Shown here one piece after another: positions 41,278-51,303 of a stretch of DNA of 64,000 nt. Source of the DNA: Nitrospirota bacterium (GTDB lineage: Bacteria > Nitrospirota > UBA9217); the NCBI GenBank assembly GCA_963840455.1, contig CAWIYV010000011.1, positions 448,001 through 512,000 of the forward strand. The letters are read 5' to 3'. The notes under the pieces are model-generated. The model was not told where the DNA came from. It made no database searches and worked only from the letters and a program-made list of their open reading frames with translations. Position 1 is the stretch's first letter. The number at the start of each line of letters is the position of its first letter. The position numbers were made by a program, and so were the translations under genes.

Positions 41278-41514
41278 TCAACAGACACCGAGCAGTTCAT
41301 CGCCTTCCGCTGGGTTCCGTTTCTCTTCGCGAACGAGTTTGCGGATCCCCGCCTGCACGTTACAGGAGTGGCAATCGCGCGACATGGTGTATTCGAACTG
41401 TTTGTACGTGCAGCAGTTGCAGAGGCTCTGCAGCATTTCCACCTTGCGCAGCGCGACCCACTGCTGGATCTCCTTCATCATGTTCTCCCTGCTCGGGAAA
41501 AAGGCCAGACTCAT
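41278..41514 (-). CDS. Small Cys-rich hypothetical protein
   Basis: GAGGAG RBS; CNCC-x10-CHSC possible metal site; first gene after the sigma54 promoter. Confidence 0.65.
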   Translation of the reverse strand: MSLAFFPSRENMMKEIQQWVALRKVEMLQSLCNCCTYKQFEYTMSRDCHSCNVQAGIRKLVREEKRNPAEGDELLGVC

Positions 41515-41600
41515 GGTTAATCTCTCCTCGTTCTTTCCATTGTTCTGCGTGCCAAGTCGGACCCCGCCCCATCCTTGGCCGGGACATCAACGCAGTATAG

Positions 41601-41616
41601 AGCAAGCTCCATGCCA
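41601..41616 (-). promoter_or_regulatory. Sigma54 (-24/-12) promoter
   Basis: TGGCATGGAGCTTGCT matches TGGCAC-N5-TTGCW with GG-N10-GC spacing. Confidence 0.85.
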
Positions 41617-41634
41617 GAAGAGGACAGTTTCGTT

Positions 41635-41647
41635 CAAATGGTTGATA
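41635..41647 (-). promoter_or_regulatory. IHF-binding site
   Basis: TATCAACCATTTG matches WATCAANNNNTTR, between promoter and enhancer. Confidence 0.65.
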
Positions 41648-41701
41648 GTACGCAGCAATAATTTCGATAGAGCGTTGAAAGAGGGCAGGTTGGGGTATAA
41701 A

Positions 41702-41725
41702 TGTTGTCTGGTTTCTCATACAACA
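41702..41725. promoter_or_regulatory. Palindromic upstream activator sequence for a sigma54 enhancer-binding protein
   Basis: TGTTGT-N12-ACAACA containing TGTC-N10-TACA, one mismatch from the GlrR site TGTC-N10-GACA. Confidence 0.6.
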
Positions 41726-42007
41726 AAACCGTCCCAGCCAGCTATTGAGTGGATAACGTTTGAAAAGTCGGCAGGTTAAATACTGTATGATATTTCCTGC
41801 AGAAAAGAAGGCGGAAAAGGATATTCTTCACAAAAAGACATGCCGATTGCTCGATACCCTGCCGGCAGCAACAGTGAAAGCGATCTTAAACAAGTCCTGA
41901 ACAGGAAACCAGGATCACCGAACTTGGATCCGTTCATCCGGTCCAATCCCGTCGATCCTGCCAAAATGCCGCTTCTTTCCTCTACTATCGACCTGACGAC
42001 CTGGCAT

Positions 42008-42122
42008 TGAAGCTCCCTGCAGCAAGCTGCAGGGAATCTTCGATCCTCAAGGTAGTAGTTTTATTCTAATCGCTCGCTGACCCCGCAGCAAGCTACGGGG
42101 AATGCGCTCGCTCCTGGATTCA
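42008..42122 (+). mobile_element. Repeat element A, copy 5
   Basis: Full-length match to copies 1 and 3. Confidence 0.85.
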
Positions 42123-42154
42123 GGTGTGTTCCCGCTGAACCGCAATGGGATTCT

Positions 42155-43543
42155 TTATTTAGGCGGGGCCGGCTCTTTCTTGAAATCGCCAGGATTCAGC
42201 TCGTACTTCTTCAGGAGGTTATAAAAATCAGCGCGGTACTTTCCGGCAAGCTCCGCGGCGCTGCTCACGTTCCCCCTTGTGATCTTCAGGACATTGATGA
42301 GGTATTCCTTTTCGAAGGCATCCTTCGCCTCCTTGAGGGGTTTGAGCGGCCCATCGGACAGGCCTGCCCTGGCCGGGAGGACCCCGTCCTCCCTGATGAC
42401 GTCGTCGCGCGTCATGGCCATGGCATACTCGATCGTATTCTCCAGCTCCCGGACGTTCCCCGGCCAATCATGGAGCATAAGCCGCTGCATGGCCTTGGGC
42501 GTCAGCCGCTTCACGTCCTTGTTCATCTGCTTGCCGTATTTTCGGAGGAAATGGTCGACGAGGAGGGGAATGTCCTCTTTCCGCTCCCGCAGGGGCGGCA
42601 GCTCAAGGGGGATGACATGGATGCGGTAGAACAGGTCCTCGCGGAACAGCCCCTGGGCCACCTGCTTGTCCAGGTCCTTGTTCGTTGCCACGATGACCCG
42701 CACGTCCACCGCCACAGACTGCTCTCCGCCCACTGGCGTGAACCGGCGCTCCTGCAGGACCCGCAGGAACTTCGACTGGATCGAAAGCGGCATATCGCCG
42801 ATCTCATCCAGGAAGATGGTGCCTTCGTGGGCCTGGGCGAAGAGGCCTTTCGAGGTTCGGACCGCGCCCGTGAAAGAGCCTTTCTCATGGCCGAACAGCT
42901 CGCTTTCCAGCAGGGTCTCTGGCAGGGCCGCGCAGTTGATCTCCACGAAAGGACTCTCCTTCCTCGTGCTCGCGAGGTGAAGGGCCCGCGCTATGAGCTC
43001 CTTGCCCGTGCCGCTCTCTCCGTGGATGTAGACTGTGGAATCCGTCGGGGCGATCCGGGAGACGACCTCGAGCACCCGTTCCATCGCCTTGCTGCGGGCG
43101 ACAATGTTCTCGAATCCATACCGCTCCGCGAGAAGCCCCTTGAGCCGGGAGATCTCCGAAGTGAGTCTGCGGTTCTCCATGGCGCGCTCGATATGGAGGA
43201 TCAGTTCCCGGGCGTCGAAGGGCTTCGTGAGATAGGTGGCGGCTCCTCGCCTCATCGCCTCGACGGCGCTCCCGATGCTGCCGTGCGCCGTCAGGATGAT
43301 GACGGGCATGCCGGGGAGCACCCGGTGGAGGTCTTCCATGAGCGAGATACCGTCCTGTTCCGCAAGCTGGAGATCGACGATGGCGAGATCGAAGACATCC
43401 CCTGCCACCGCCTCTTTCGCCTCCTGCTCACGGAGCGCCGTCGTTACGATATAGCCGGACGATTCGAGCCGCATCTTCAAAAGTCCGAGGAGGTTTCGGT
43501 CGTCATCGACGATCAAGACCTTGCCCGGTGTCTTTGCAGTCAC
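42155..43543 (-). CDS. Sigma54-dependent response regulator (NtrC family, GlrR-like)
   Basis: REC, GESGTGKE, ESELFGHEKGSFTGA, FLDEIGD, WPGNVRELEN; HTH GKYRADFYNLLKKY resembles GlrR. Confidence 0.95.
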   Translation of the reverse strand: MTAKTPGKVLIVDDDRNLLGLLKMRLESSGYIVTTALREQEAKEAVAGDVFDLAIVDLQLAEQDGISLMEDLHRVLPGMPVIILTAHGSIGSAVEAMRRGAATYLTKPFDARELILHIERAMENRRLTSEISRLKGLLAERYGFENIVARSKAMERVLEVVSRIAPTDSTVYIHGESGTGKELIARALHLASTRKESPFVEINCAALPETLLESELFGHEKGSFTGAVRTSKGLFAQAHEGTIFLDEIGDMPLSIQSKFLRVLQERRFTPVGGEQSVAVDVRVIVATNKDLDKQVAQGLFREDLFYRIHVIPLELPPLRERKEDIPLLVDHFLRKYGKQMNKDVKRLTPKAMQRLMLHDWPGNVRELENTIEYAMAMTRDDVIREDGVLPARAGLSDGPLKPLKEAKDAFEKEYLINVLKITRGNVSSAAELAGKYRADFYNLLKKYELNPGDFKKEPAPPK

Positions 43544-43697
43544 GTAATTGCCCCTCCCTTCTTTATCTCTGCGATAGCAGGGGCGACCTGCTTCGCTTCT
43601 CCATCGCCTCCGGCAAGCCGATTACGTTCTTCGCCTCACCGACAAACGTGCCCTCGGGGAACTTTTTCGCGGTGAACAGGCCGGAAGGCCCGCGTGG

Positions 43698-45140
43698 TCA
43701 GAACGGCAGTACAAAGGTGAACGTGCTTCCCCGCCCCTCTTCACTCTCCACCCATACCGTCCCGCCGTGATCCTGAATGATGTGCTTGACGATGGCCAGA
43801 CCCAAGCCGGTCCCCGGGATCTTCTTCGTTCCCGCGAGCGTCGCCTGCCGGTACTTGTCGAAGATCGCGGTCTGATGCTCCTTCGGGATCCCCGGCCCCG
43901 AGTCGGTCACCGATACACCCACGCCGCCCTCCCCGCTGCGGACCGCAATGCGCACAGTGCCCCCGGGAGGCGTGAACTTCAGCGCGTTCCCGATAAGGTT
44001 CCTGAGCACCTGCATGATCCGCTCCGGATCAAGGCTGACCGGCGGCACAGCATCGATATCCGTCCCGATCCTGATCTTCTTTGCCTCGGCCAGAGGCAGG
44101 ACCTCGCCCGCGGCCATCGTGACCAGAGGCGGAAGCTCGGCCTTGGTGAAATGATACGCCAGCATCCCCGCTTCCAGCTTGGACAGGTCCATCAGCGAGC
44201 TCACGAGCTCGATGAGCCGGTTGCTCTCTTCGGCCACGATCGTAAGCAGCCACTTTTGCTTCTCTGTGACCGGCCCCCCGTGGCCCTCGAGGAACAGGTT
44301 TGTTCCCTCCTTAATGGAGGTGAGGGGCGTGCGCAGCTCATGGGACATGAGCGAATAAAAATCGGATTTCATCTTGTCCACGTTCTGGAGCCGGGCGCTC
44401 ATAAAATTGAACGCCTGGGCCAAGGCGCCGATCTCGGGAGGCGACTCAAGGTCGAGGGCCGGTCCATAGATGCCGCTGCCGATCTCCGCGGTCTTCTTTG
44501 CCATGTGGTCCAGAGGCACGGTAATGCTCCTCGTGATCAGAAGAGAGATGATGATGCCCAGCACCAACGATGAGGCCGTGACCGCCAGCGTGATGTCACC
44601 GGCCTGCACGACCGCCTCGTTCAGCCTGGTGACCTTGTCGATGATGGTCGTCTGGACCATGGGGCGCATGGTCTGCAGTGCCTCGGTCAGTGCGTTCACC
44701 GCGGCTTCCTTCCTCATTCGATACCGGAAGGCGACATAGGGTGTACCCGCTTTGCGTAAGGCCGCTTCCTCATCGACCAGCGTCTGATAGCCGACATGAA
44801 GCGCTCCGATGCGTTCGATCAGGGCGGTGAGTTCCGGGGAACGGGCGACAGCCTTCGTTTGCGCGAGGTTCTTTTCGAAATCCCTCCACGCCAGGAGGAA
44901 ACTATTGTAGAAAGCCGCGTCGCGCAGCGTAATGAAATTCTTTTCATTCTGCGTTTCCTTCAGGAATGCATTGGTGAGGCTCTTGTGCAGATCGAGAAGC
45001 ACATTGTCCTCAAGCGTAATGGATTGCGTAACATCGCGCACGCGACCGAGCTGGACGATGGAGTACACACTCACGCTCGTGGCCAGGACCAGCAGGAAAA
45101 TATACCCCATCATCAGTCGGAAAAAGATGCTCGCTCTCAT
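43698..45140 (-). CDS. Sensor histidine kinase (GlrK-like) with HAMP domain
   Basis: Two TM helices, SHELRTPL, NLIGNALKF, DSGPGI, GTGLGL. Confidence 0.95.
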   Translation of the reverse strand: MRASIFFRLMMGYIFLLVLATSVSVYSIVQLGRVRDVTQSITLEDNVLLDLHKSLTNAFLKETQNEKNFITLRDAAFYNSFLLAWRDFEKNLAQTKAVARSPELTALIERIGALHVGYQTLVDEEAALRKAGTPYVAFRYRMRKEAAVNALTEALQTMRPMVQTTIIDKVTRLNEAVVQAGDITLAVTASSLVLGIIISLLITRSITVPLDHMAKKTAEIGSGIYGPALDLESPPEIGALAQAFNFMSARLQNVDKMKSDFYSLMSHELRTPLTSIKEGTNLFLEGHGGPVTEKQKWLLTIVAEESNRLIELVSSLMDLSKLEAGMLAYHFTKAELPPLVTMAAGEVLPLAEAKKIRIGTDIDAVPPVSLDPERIMQVLRNLIGNALKFTPPGGTVRIAVRSGEGGVGVSVTDSGPGIPKEHQTAIFDKYRQATLAGTKKIPGTGLGLAIVKHIIQDHGGTVWVESEEGRGSTFTFVLPF

Positions 45141-45485
45141 GATCGATCCATCGACATGCTGCACTGAAATGACCGGCTGCAGCGATGCGCTGCGGCAATG
45201 ACCCCCGGAGGGTTTCGCCCTCACGGCAGAACAATAATATTGGGTACAATTTTTGTGTATAGTACACCTTTTTCTTTGCCCTTTGCCACATCATAGTGAA
45301 GTTTCAGCTAGCCGCCTGGAGATGCCGGATACCAGACACGATACCGGCCACGGTCGGGCCTTTCCATAATGCAGGTCGCCGGATCGGGCGTCTGTGTACA
45401 GGTGCACAACGACAAAACCCTTTACTCACCCGCCGTGATGGGAGTATAATTTCAATTCGCCCCTGTCGCCGGGCGTATGCTATCT

Positions 45486-48347
45486 ATGGACAAGATCATC
45501 CTCAAAGGCTGCCGTCAGCACAATCTCAAGAACATCGACCTCGAGATCCCGCGGGACAAGCTCGTGGTCATCACCGGACTTTCCGGGTCAGGCAAATCGT
45601 CGCTGGCCTTCGATACCATCTATGCCGAGGGGCAGCGCCGCTACGTCGAGAGCCTGTCTGCCTACGCCCGCCAGTTCCTGGGCCAGATGGACAAGCCGGA
45701 TGTGGACTCCATTGACGGCCTTTCCCCTGCCATCGCCATTGAGCAGAAGACCACGAGCAAGAACCCCCGCTCCACCGTCGGCACCGTGACCGAGATCTAC
45801 GACTACCTCCGGCTCCTCTTTGCGCGCATCGGCAAGCCCTACTGCTATATCTGCGGACGGGAGATCGCGGCCCAGACCGTCCAGCAGATCACCGACGCCG
45901 TCATGGCCCTGCCCTCGGAGACCCGCATCCAGGTGCTGGCGCCCATCGTGCGCGGCAGAAAGGGCGAGTACCGGAAGGAGCTGATGGCGGCGGCCGCTTC
46001 AGGTTATGTCCGGGCGCGGGTCGACGGCGAGATCAAAGAGCTCTCCGAGCCGGTTCCCATGGACAAGAAGAAGAAGCACGACATCGAGATCATCATCGAC
46101 CGCATCGTGGTTAAGCCGGGCATCGAGCGGCGGCTCGCGGAAAGCATCGAGATGGCGCTCAAACAGGCTGACGGCATCGTGCTGATCAACCTGGTCGATA
46201 AGAAGCAGGACCTCCTGTACAGCGAGAAGCTCGCCTGTCTCGTGGACGGCATCAGCTATCCTGAGATCGCCCCGAACACTTTTTCCTTCAACAGCCCGCA
46301 GGGTGCCTGCCCGACCTGCGACGGCCTCGGCGGGCTGCTCGAGTTCGACCCGGAGCTCGTCATCCCGAACAAGAACATGTCCATCCGGGAAGGCGCCATC
46401 AAGCCCTGGGCCAAGCGCACCTCGGTCCACCATTACGAACAGCTCCAGTCCATCGCCGAAAGCTGCGGTTTCGACGTGAACGTACCGGTCAAGGAACTGA
46501 AGCCGTCGCAGCTCAAGGCGCTGATCTTCGGCACCGGCGAGGAAGGAGCACGGGCCCTCTTCCCGAGAGCAACCTCACGGAACGTTTGCAAATCCTTCGA
46601 GGGGATCATCCCGAACCTGAAACGCCGCTACGACGAGACCGACTCCTTCGCCACCCAGTGGGAGCTGGAGCAGTACATGAACTACCAGACCTGCCCGGAC
46701 TGCGGCGGGAGCCGGCTCCGGAAGGAATCGCTGGCGATCAGGGTGGCCGGGCTCTCCATCTACGACATTACGAAGATGAGCGTGAAGCGCTCGCTCGAGT
46801 TCTTCACGGACCTGTCGCTCTCCGAGAAGGAGTCCATCATCGCAAAAAGGATCCTGAAGGAGATCCGCGAGCGCCTCGGGTTCATGGTGCACGTGGGGCT
46901 CGACTACCTGACGCTGGACCGCGGTGCGGCCACGCTCTCGGGCGGCGAGGGCCAGCGCATCCGGCTCGCGACGCAGATCGGCTCGTCCCTCGTGGGCGTC
47001 CTGTACATCCTCGACGAGCCGTCCATCGGCCTCCACCAGCGCGACAACCGCAGGCTCCTGGACACCCTGGTCCGGCTGCGCGACCTGGGGAACACCGTGC
47101 TCGTCGTGGAGCACGACGAGGAGACCATCCGCATGGCGGACCGGCTCATCGATATGGGCCCCGGCGCCGGCGTCCACGGCGGCGAGGTCATCGCCGAGGG
47201 CACACCCGATGAGGTCCAGAAGAATCCCCGCTCGCTCACCGGCAAGTACCTCTCGGGAGAGCTCGCCATCGCCGTGCCGGCGCGCCGGAGAACACCGGAG
47301 AAGCACATCAGCGTCGTGAACGCGTCGGAGAACAACCTGAAGGGCCTGACCGTGCAGTTCCCGCTCGGCGTGCTCACCTGCGTCACCGGCGTCTCAGGCT
47401 CGGGCAAGAGCACCTTGGTCGTGGACATCCTGTACCGTGCACTCGCCCAGCGCATCTACCGGTCCACCGAACGGGCCGGCAAGCACGGCGACATCAAGGG
47501 GCTGGAGCACATCGACAAGGTTATCGACATCGACCAGTCGCCCATCGGCAGGACGCCGCGGTCCAACCCTGCCACGTACACCGGCGCCTTCGGCCCCATC
47601 CGGGACATCTTCGCCCAGCTCCCGGAGTCCCGCGTGCGCGGGTACAAGGTCGGCCGGTACAGTTTCAACGTCAAGGGCGGCCGGTGCGAGGCCTGCGAGG
47701 GCGACGGCCTCATCAAGATCGAGATGCACTTCCTGCCCGACGTGTACGTGACCTGTGACGTGTGCCACGGCACGCGCTACAACCGCGAGACGCTGGACAT
47801 CAAGTATAAGGGGAAGAGCATCGCCGAGGTGCTGGCCATGACCGTTGAGCAGGCCTTCGAATTCTTCCAGAACATCCCGCCCATCAGGACCAAGCTCCAG
47901 ACGCTGCTCGACGTGGGCCTGGGCTACATCACCCTGGGCCAGGCCGCAACCACGCTGTCGGGCGGCGAGTCCCAGCGCGTGAAGCTCTCAAAGGAGCTCT
48001 CGCGGCGGGCCACGGGCAGGACGCTCTACATCCTCGACGAACCCACGACCGGGCTCCACTTCGCCGATACCCAGCGTTTGCTTGACATGCTGGGGAGGCT
48101 CGTGGACGCCGGCAACACGGTCGTCGTCATCGAGCACAACCTGGACGTGATCAAGACAGCGGACTGGATCATCGACCTCGGACCCGAGGGCGGCGACCGC
48201 GGCGGCGAGATCGTGGCGCAGGGCCCGCCTGAGGACGTGGTGAAGGTGAAGGGATCCTACACGGGGCAGTTCCTGAGGAAGATCCTTTCAAATTCAGGAT
48301 CATCTCAAGAACGAGTGGGAACGATAAAAGGATCTCGAGCAAATTGA
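45486..48347 (+). CDS. uvrA: Excinuclease ABC subunit A
   Basis: [34 protein letters not shown], two ABC ATPase modules, zinc fingers. Confidence 0.98.
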   Translation: MDKIILKGCRQHNLKNIDLEIPRDKLVVITGLSGSGKSSLAFDTIYAEGQRRYVESLSAYARQFLGQMDKPDVDSIDGLSPAIAIEQKTTSKNPRSTVGTVTEIYDYLRLLFARIGKPYCYICGREIAAQTVQQITDAVMALPSETRIQVLAPIVRGRKGEYRKELMAAAASGYVRARVDGEIKELSEPVPMDKKKKHDIEIIIDRIVVKPGIERRLAESIEMALKQADGIVLINLVDKKQDLLYSEKLACLVDGISYPEIAPNTFSFNSPQGACPTCDGLGGLLEFDPELVIPNKNMSIREGAIKPWAKRTSVHHYEQLQSIAESCGFDVNVPVKELKPSQLKALIFGTGEEGARALFPRATSRNVCKSFEGIIPNLKRRYDETDSFATQWELEQYMNYQTCPDCGGSRLRKESLAIRVAGLSIYDITKMSVKRSLEFFTDLSLSEKESIIAKRILKEIRERLGFMVHVGLDYLTLDRGAATLSGGEGQRIRLATQIGSSLVGVLYILDEPSIGLHQRDNRRLLDTLVRLRDLGNTVLVVEHDEETIRMADRLIDMGPGAGVHGGEVIAEGTPDEVQKNPRSLTGKYLSGELAIAVPARRRTPEKHISVVNASENNLKGLTVQFPLGVLTCVTGVSGSGKSTLVVDILYRALAQRIYRSTERAGKHGDIKGLEHIDKVIDIDQSPIGRTPRSNPATYTGAFGPIRDIFAQLPESRVRGYKVGRYSFNVKGGRCEACEGDGLIKIEMHFLPDVYVTCDVCHGTRYNRETLDIKYKGKSIAEVLAMTVEQAFEFFQNIPPIRTKLQTLLDVGLGYITLGQAATTLSGGESQRVKLSKELSRRATGRTLYILDEPTTGLHFADTQRLLDMLGRLVDAGNTVVVIEHNLDVIKTADWIIDLGPEGGDRGGEIVAQGPPEDVVKVKGSYTGQFLRKILSNSGSSQERVGTIKGSRAN

Positions 48348-48398
48348 TGTCCGTACGAGGAAGTTCACCTTGGTTCTCTTTTTTCTGCACCCAAGTTC

Positions 48399-48554
48399 AC
48401 AGGTCCGTGCAGGCATGCAGGGCTGGTACTGTTGACAAGGTTACCTGAGCATCGCAGCACTTCCCCTCGCCCAGGAATAAGGGCTCGGCCGTGTCTGCTT
48501 GGCTTGGTGATGTCATCGGCCATGACTGCTTCCGCATGCTTGTGCACAGACTGT
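48399..48554 (-). mobile_element. Repeat element B (~155 bp, imperfect terminal inverted repeats), copy 1
   Basis: ACAGGTCCGTGCAGGCATGC...GCATGCTTGTGCACAGACTGT; reverse complement of 55106-55262. Confidence 0.75.
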
Positions 48555-48667
48555 TAAAGCTCCCTGCGGAAATCCGCAGGGAAGCCTAGCTCCTCAGGGA
48601 AGTGTTATATTCTAATCGCTCGCTAACCCTGTGGTAGTCTCCAGGATCGCGCTCGCTCCTGGATTCA
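48555..48667 (+). mobile_element. Repeat element A, copy 6 (diverged)
   Basis: AAGCTCCCTGCGGAAATCCGCAGGGAA...ATTCTAATCGCTCGCTAACCC...CGCTCGCTCCTGGATTCA. Confidence 0.8.
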
Positions 48668-48810
48668 CGGGATGCAGGGGCTTTTGGAAAGGCAGATGCA
48701 CAGGCCTATACCCTGCCCCCGCATGTCCCTGGAGCGGCCCTATGAATTTCCTGGGCACCCGTCTTGGCCTAAAGTAGCGTCCCGAAGGGCGAACGCGGCA
48801 AGAAATTATG
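48668..48810 (+). repeat. Repeat element C, partial copy
   Basis: CGGGATGCAGGG..TTTTGGAAAGGCAGATGC..AGGCCTATACCC...ATGAATTTCCTGGGCACCCGTCTTGGCCTAA; reverse complement of ~54868-54999. Confidence 0.75.
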
Positions 48811-48857
48811 TCTCGTCAAGCTATAAAATATACGCACTCAAAAGGCAGAAGATCCCA

Positions 48858-48958
48858 AATTAAAAAGGCAAAATGATGAATGCAAAATTGAAGTAACGTC
48901 ATTATGCTATCGTGACCGGAGGTCACTCCATTTTTCATTTTTCTTTTTGCATTTTACG
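48858..48958. repeat. AT-rich heptamer-periodic hairpin
   Basis: AAATTAAAAAGGCAAAATGATGAATGCAAAATTG...CATTTTTCATTTTTCTTTTTGCATTTTAC; same style as 25766-25857. Confidence 0.6.
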
Positions 48959-48977
48959 TTACTGCCCGGGAGGTCTC

Positions 48978-49451
48978 ATGTACCGAAAGCTCGCCATCCT
49001 TCTTTTTTCGTTGTCACTGGCTCTGGTATCATCCTCCTGCGGCAAGGCCCCGCTCGGGCCGGTCGGCCTGCAGGGCGAGAACATCCTTGCCGCGGTCAGG
49101 GACCTGGCCAAGACCTATGAGCGACGCGATCTCGACGCCTTCATGGAGAAGGTCTCGACCGCTTACCCTGACCGGGAGGCCTTCCGGACCTCGGTGGAAA
49201 AGGTCTTTGCAACCTACCAGACCATAAGCTTCAAGCTGCACTACACCAAGATGCTCGTCATGATCCAGGACAAGGGGAACATCAAGGCCACGTTCACGTG
49301 GGAAGGGGAATGGAAGTCCTCGGGAGGCAAGATCGTGAAGGACGGCGCCCGGGTGACGCTCGTTCTCGAACCCGGCGTGTACAAGCTTCTCGGCATCGAG
49401 GGTAAGAACCCCTATCTGCCGTCGGAGAAACCGATCCCGGCGAGGGAGTAG
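48978..49451 (+). CDS. Hypothetical lipoprotein (NTF2-like fold suspected)
   Basis: GGAGG RBS; MYRKLAILLFSLSLALVSSS-C lipobox-like; YERRDLDAFMEKVSTAY. Confidence 0.75.
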   Translation: MYRKLAILLFSLSLALVSSSCGKAPLGPVGLQGENILAAVRDLAKTYERRDLDAFMEKVSTAYPDREAFRTSVEKVFATYQTISFKLHYTKMLVMIQDKGNIKATFTWEGEWKSSGGKIVKDGARVTLVLEPGVYKLLGIEGKNPYLPSEKPIPARE

Positions 49452-49452
49452 A

Positions 49453-49549
49453 AAGACAGGAGTCAGAATCCAGGAGCCAGAAAGAGGAAAAAATGCTGTT
49501 TCTCCTGACTTCTTACTCCTGACTCCTCGCTTCTGACGCCTGACTCCTG
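49453..49549. repeat. Heptamer-periodic hairpin (CAGGAGT / ACTCCTG)
   Basis: GACAGGAGTCAGAATCCAGGAGCCAGAA...TTCTCCTGACTTCTTACTCCTGACTCCT..CTTCTGACGCCTGACTCCTG; same family as 28257-28345. Confidence 0.75.
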
Positions 49550-49556
49550 AATGCTC

Positions 49557-51134
49557 ATGAATTACACTACTGAACATATAGCGACCGACTTCCTGATCAT
49601 AGGCGGCGGCGTCGCGGGCCTCCGGGCCGCGGTGGAGCTGGCGCGGAACGGTGACGTCCTCGTGGTCACCAAGGACGCGCCCTCGGAGAGCAGCAGCGAA
49701 TATGCCCAAGGCGGAGTGGCCGTGGCCCTTTCCGACGAGGACGAGATCTCGATCCACTTCGACGACACCATCAAGGCGGGCGACGGACTCTGCATCCGGA
49801 AGTCCGTCGGCACCCTGGTCGAGGAAGGGCCCGTGCGCATCCGCGAGCTCATCGGCTGGGGCGCGGAGTTCGACAAGGAGGGCACGAAGCTCGCATTCAC
49901 CCAGGAGGCGGCGCACTCCAAGCGGAGGATCCTCCATGCCCAGGGGGACTCCACGGGACATGAGATCATGCGTGTCCTCATCGACAAGGTCCGGACAATG
50001 CGCAGGGCGACCAAGATCGATTTCGCCTTCACGAAAGACCTTATCCTTGAACAGGGAGCATGCACCGGGGCGGTGATCATCCAGCAGAAGCAGCAGAAGG
50101 TCCTCTTCATCCACGCCCGCGCCGTGATGCTGGCCACCGGCGGCGCCGGCAGGCTCTTCGAGCGGACCACCAATCCGCCGGTCGCCACCGGCGACGGCAT
50201 GGCCATGGCCTGGCGCGCGGGTGCGGAGCTCATGGACCTCGAGTTCATCCAGTTCCACCCGACGGCGCTGTTCCGGCCCGGCGCCCCCCAGTTCCTCCTG
50301 TCCGAGGCAATGCGCGGCGAGGGCGGCATGCTCAGGAACATCCATGGTCTCCGCTTCATGGACGATTACCATCCGGCCCGGGAGCTCGCGCCGCGGGATG
50401 TGGTCACCCGCGCCATCCATGCCGAGATGCTGTCCACCGGCGCCGACCATGTGTACCTGGACATGACCCATTTAAGCGCTGAGTATGTTCAAAAACGTTT
50501 CCCGCGGATATACAGCACCTGCAGGACCTATGGCATCGACATCACCCGTGCGCCTATCCCCGTCTCTCCTGCAGCGCACTATATCATGGGCGGCGTCAGG
50601 ACCGACCTCTGGGGCGCCACGTCGATCCCGGGCCTCTTCGCGGCCGGCGAGACCGCCTGCACCGGCGTCCATGGCGCGAACCGCCTGGCGAGCAACTCTC
50701 TTCTCGAAGGGCTGGTCTTCGGCGAACGGGCGGGCATCGGCCTCGCGCGATACGCGGCAAGACACCGGAAGGGACCCCTAACAATGGCGCCGGCACGTGC
50801 TGCAGCAGGACCAAAGCGTGAAGGGGTGTTCACTGCTTCAGATATCGAGCACGTGAGGACGACGCTGAAGAAACTGATGTGGGAGAACGTGGGTATCGTA
50901 CGGGACCGGAAGGGCCTGTCCGTCGCGATGCGGAAGCTGCGCGAGTGGGACCGCATGATCAGGAACCCGCCCCGGGACCGCGATGCGCTGGAGCTCAGGA
51001 ACATGATCACCACGTCCCTGCTGATCACCAGTTCAGCGCTCAAGCGCGAAGGGAGCGTGGGCGCGCATTACCGCAGCGACCTCCCTGCCAAGGGGAAGAG
51101 CTGGCGGAAACGGATCATCATGGTGAAGGGATGA
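49557..51134 (+). CDS. nadB: L-aspartate oxidase
   Basis: IIGGGVAG, YAQGGVA, EAAHSKRRILH, QFHPT, SEAMRGEG, ELAPRDVV, HGANRLASNSLLEG. Confidence 0.95.
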   Translation: MNYTTEHIATDFLIIGGGVAGLRAAVELARNGDVLVVTKDAPSESSSEYAQGGVAVALSDEDEISIHFDDTIKAGDGLCIRKSVGTLVEEGPVRIRELIGWGAEFDKEGTKLAFTQEAAHSKRRILHAQGDSTGHEIMRVLIDKVRTMRRATKIDFAFTKDLILEQGACTGAVIIQQKQQKVLFIHARAVMLATGGAGRLFERTTNPPVATGDGMAMAWRAGAELMDLEFIQFHPTALFRPGAPQFLLSEAMRGEGGMLRNIHGLRFMDDYHPARELAPRDVVTRAIHAEMLSTGADHVYLDMTHLSAEYVQKRFPRIYSTCRTYGIDITRAPIPVSPAAHYIMGGVRTDLWGATSIPGLFAAGETACTGVHGANRLASNSLLEGLVFGERAGIGLARYAARHRKGPLTMAPARAAAGPKREGVFTASDIEHVRTTLKKLMWENVGIVRDRKGLSVAMRKLREWDRMIRNPPRDRDALELRNMITTSLLITSSALKREGSVGAHYRSDLPAKGKSWRKRIIMVKG

Positions 51135-51254
51135 CCCGCGTCCAGTTCCGATAAAAGAAAAGCGCGTCTGTTCGACGCGCACCATAGACCTGCCTGCTCT
51201 CCTGCGTTGACCGCACAGCATCCTCAAAACCGCATCACAATGTCCGCCCTTCAT

Positions 51255-51303
51255 GGAAGCTCCCTGCAGACAGATGCGGGGAATGCGCCCGTTCCTGGAT
51301 TCA
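51255..51303 (+). mobile_element. Repeat element A, copy 7 (single-hairpin mini form)
   Basis: GAAGCTCCCTGCAGACAGATGCGGGGAATGCGCCCGTTCCTGGATTCA: left end fused to right end through the hairpin. Confidence 0.75.

Noticed and set aside
45242-45268. Palindrome GTGTA-TAG-TACAC upstream of uvrA as a LexA box
   Set aside because: It matches no LexA consensus I can support, lies more than 200 bp from the start, and could belong to the divergent kinase promoter.
48365-48547. ORF MHKHAEAV... and its twin at 55081-55290 as small protein genes
   Set aside because: They are the two copies of repeat element B; no RBS and differing ends.
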